Origin: Candidatus Nanohalobium constans | Lineage (GTDB): Archaea > Nanohalarchaeota > Nanosalinia > Nanosalinales > Nanosalinaceae | Reading direction: 5' to 3' | Assembly (NCBI RefSeq): GCF_009617975.1 | Contig: NZ_CP040089.1 | Coordinates: 480,001-512,000 of the forward strand | Length of the DNA: 32,000 nt | Part shown: positions 31,485-32,000 of the stretch, piece by piece | Position numbering within the stretch: the first letter of the stretch is position 1 | Layout of the letters: every line of letters starts with the position of its first letter | Position numbers and translations under genes: made by a program | The notes under the pieces: generated by a model | Databases searched by the model: none | Told to the model about the DNA's origin: nothing | Seen by the model: the letters and a program-made list of their open reading frames with translations, nothing else

Positions 31485-31665
31485 CCAGAGACTTACCCTT
31501 CATCTCGCCGTTCTTCGATTCCTCAAGCCGTGACAAAGTCCTAGCTTTTTCATTCTCAATCCTCATCTCCTCCAACAATTCATCCCAAGTCTGACCAGGC
31601 TCCTTGTCCTCACCCAACTTCTTCCAAGTCTCCTCAGAAACCGGAATCCTCTTAGTCGCAGTCAT
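31474..31665 (-). CDS. Cognate antitoxin candidate (small N-terminal strand-helix DNA-binding-like region and charged tail)
   Basis: 63 aa. KRIPVSEETWKKLGEDKEPGQTWDELLEEM resembles haloarchaeal RHH-like antitoxins (IR.S.ET.e.L..lk...EsfDdvi..L). Its position and overlap with the toxin gene are typical of type II TA pairs. Confidence 0.62.
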   Translation of the reverse strand: MTATKRIPVSEETWKKLGEDKEPGQTWDELLEEMRIENEKARTLSRLEESKNGEMKGKSLDEV

Positions 31666-31692
31666 TGTAAAAACTGTAAAGACTGTAAAGAT
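31666..31692 (-). repeat. Three tandem 9-bp direct repeats between the putative TATA box and the antitoxin start codon (candidate TA operator)
   Basis: The plus strand reads TGTAAAAAC TGTAAAGAC TGTAAAGAT, at 31666-31674, 31675-31683 and 31684-31692. The array begins immediately after the antitoxin ATG (complement of 31663-31665). Confidence 0.5.
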
Positions 31693-31699
31693 TTAAAAC
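31692..31699 (-). promoter_or_regulatory. Candidate TATA box of the TA operon
   Basis: On the minus strand, TTTTAAAT lies 27-34 nt upstream of the antitoxin ATG, which implies a leaderless mRNA. Confidence 0.35.
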
Positions 31700-31751
31700 C
31701 TTTTGCAACAGCAGCAGAAACTTAACATCAACTCCAAAACTTCAGAAATAG

Positions 31752-32000
31752 ATGACAGAGTTTTCTCCAAATAAGCAGCAGAAAGAACTGATAGAGAATA
31801 CTGAAGGTATTTACCTAGTTGATGCTGGTGCTGGTACAGGTAAGACTTTCGCGATTACTCGGCGCTACATCAATATTTTGGAGGATCAGGAGCCTGAGGA
31901 TATCTTCCTAGCTACTTTTACACGAAATGCTGCGGATGAGATGAAAGAGCGTATCAGCCAGAAATCCGGTTATCGAGCCTCTGAAATCTTTGATGCTCCG
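31752..32000 (+). CDS. UvrD/Rep/AddA-type SF1 helicase, N-terminal 83 codons (runs off the right window edge)
   Basis: Own translation: MTEFSPNKQQKELIENTEGIYLVDAGAGTGKTFAITRRYINILEDQEPEDIFLATFTRNAADEMKERISQKS. It shows the Q-motif region, motif I AGAGTGKT and motif Ia TFTRNAADEM. Confidence 0.9.
   Translation, partial: MTEFSPNKQQKELIENTEGIYLVDAGAGTGKTFAITRRYINILEDQEPEDIFLATFTRNAADEMKERISQKSGYRASEIFDAP

Noticed and set aside
1-32000. CRISPR arrays, rRNA genes and IS elements/transposases
   Set aside because: No regularly spaced repeats of 24-40 nt were seen in any intergenic region. The only tandem repeat seen is the 3 x 9 bp array at 31666-31692. No rRNA-like stretch and no transposase or integrase motifs were seen in any ORF.

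Overview
This is a densely coding archaeal chromosomal window with about 55 protein genes and 3 tRNAs. I saw no rRNA, CRISPR array, transposase or integrase.

**Layout**
- The first ~7 kb is the classic archaeal proteasome/exosome superoperon: psmA, SBDS, rrp4, rrp41, rrp42, L37Ae, rpoP, pcc1 and pfdB, followed by a UPF0147 gene and sepF.
- The middle holds housekeeping genes: an Ncs6/TtuA-type tRNA thiolase, ITPase, HAD phosphatase, TRAM protein, ICMT-like methyltransferase, a coupled HIT-GNAT-MBL trio, gatA-gatB, a PAN-like AAA ATPase, pyruvate kinase, trxB and an SDR.
- The tRNAs are tRNA-Ser(CGA), an intron-containing tRNA-Arg(UCG) and tRNA-Gly(GCC).
- Several clusters of small orphan ORFs lie around the tRNAs.
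- The right end carries rmuC, divergent from an AddB-like PD-(D/E)xK nuclease gene. A UvrD/AddA-like helicase gene follows, and an antisense RelE-type toxin/antitoxin pair separates the nuclease and helicase genes.

**Likely organism**
Predicted proteins are strikingly acidic while GC looks only moderate by eye (not computed). Genes are short and tightly packed. This fits a salt-in halophile with a small genome, most compatible with Nanohaloarchaeota/DPANN. That assignment is inference only.

**Most notable observations**
1. A Doc (Fic-family) toxin gene with an overlapping downstream micro-ORF is wedged into the conserved superoperon.
2. A bacterial-style AddB/AddA-like nuclease-helicase pair has no Fe-S cysteines, sits next to rmuC, and is split by a TA module with a triple 9-bp repeat operator.
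3. tRNA-Arg carries a 60-nt structured intron.
4. Several enzymes have degenerate catalytic or cofactor motifs: HIT (HxYxQ), the PAN second region of homology (SRH), TrxB (HRRxxxR) and a Nudix-like protein.

All homology calls come from motif recognition by eye. No searches were run.
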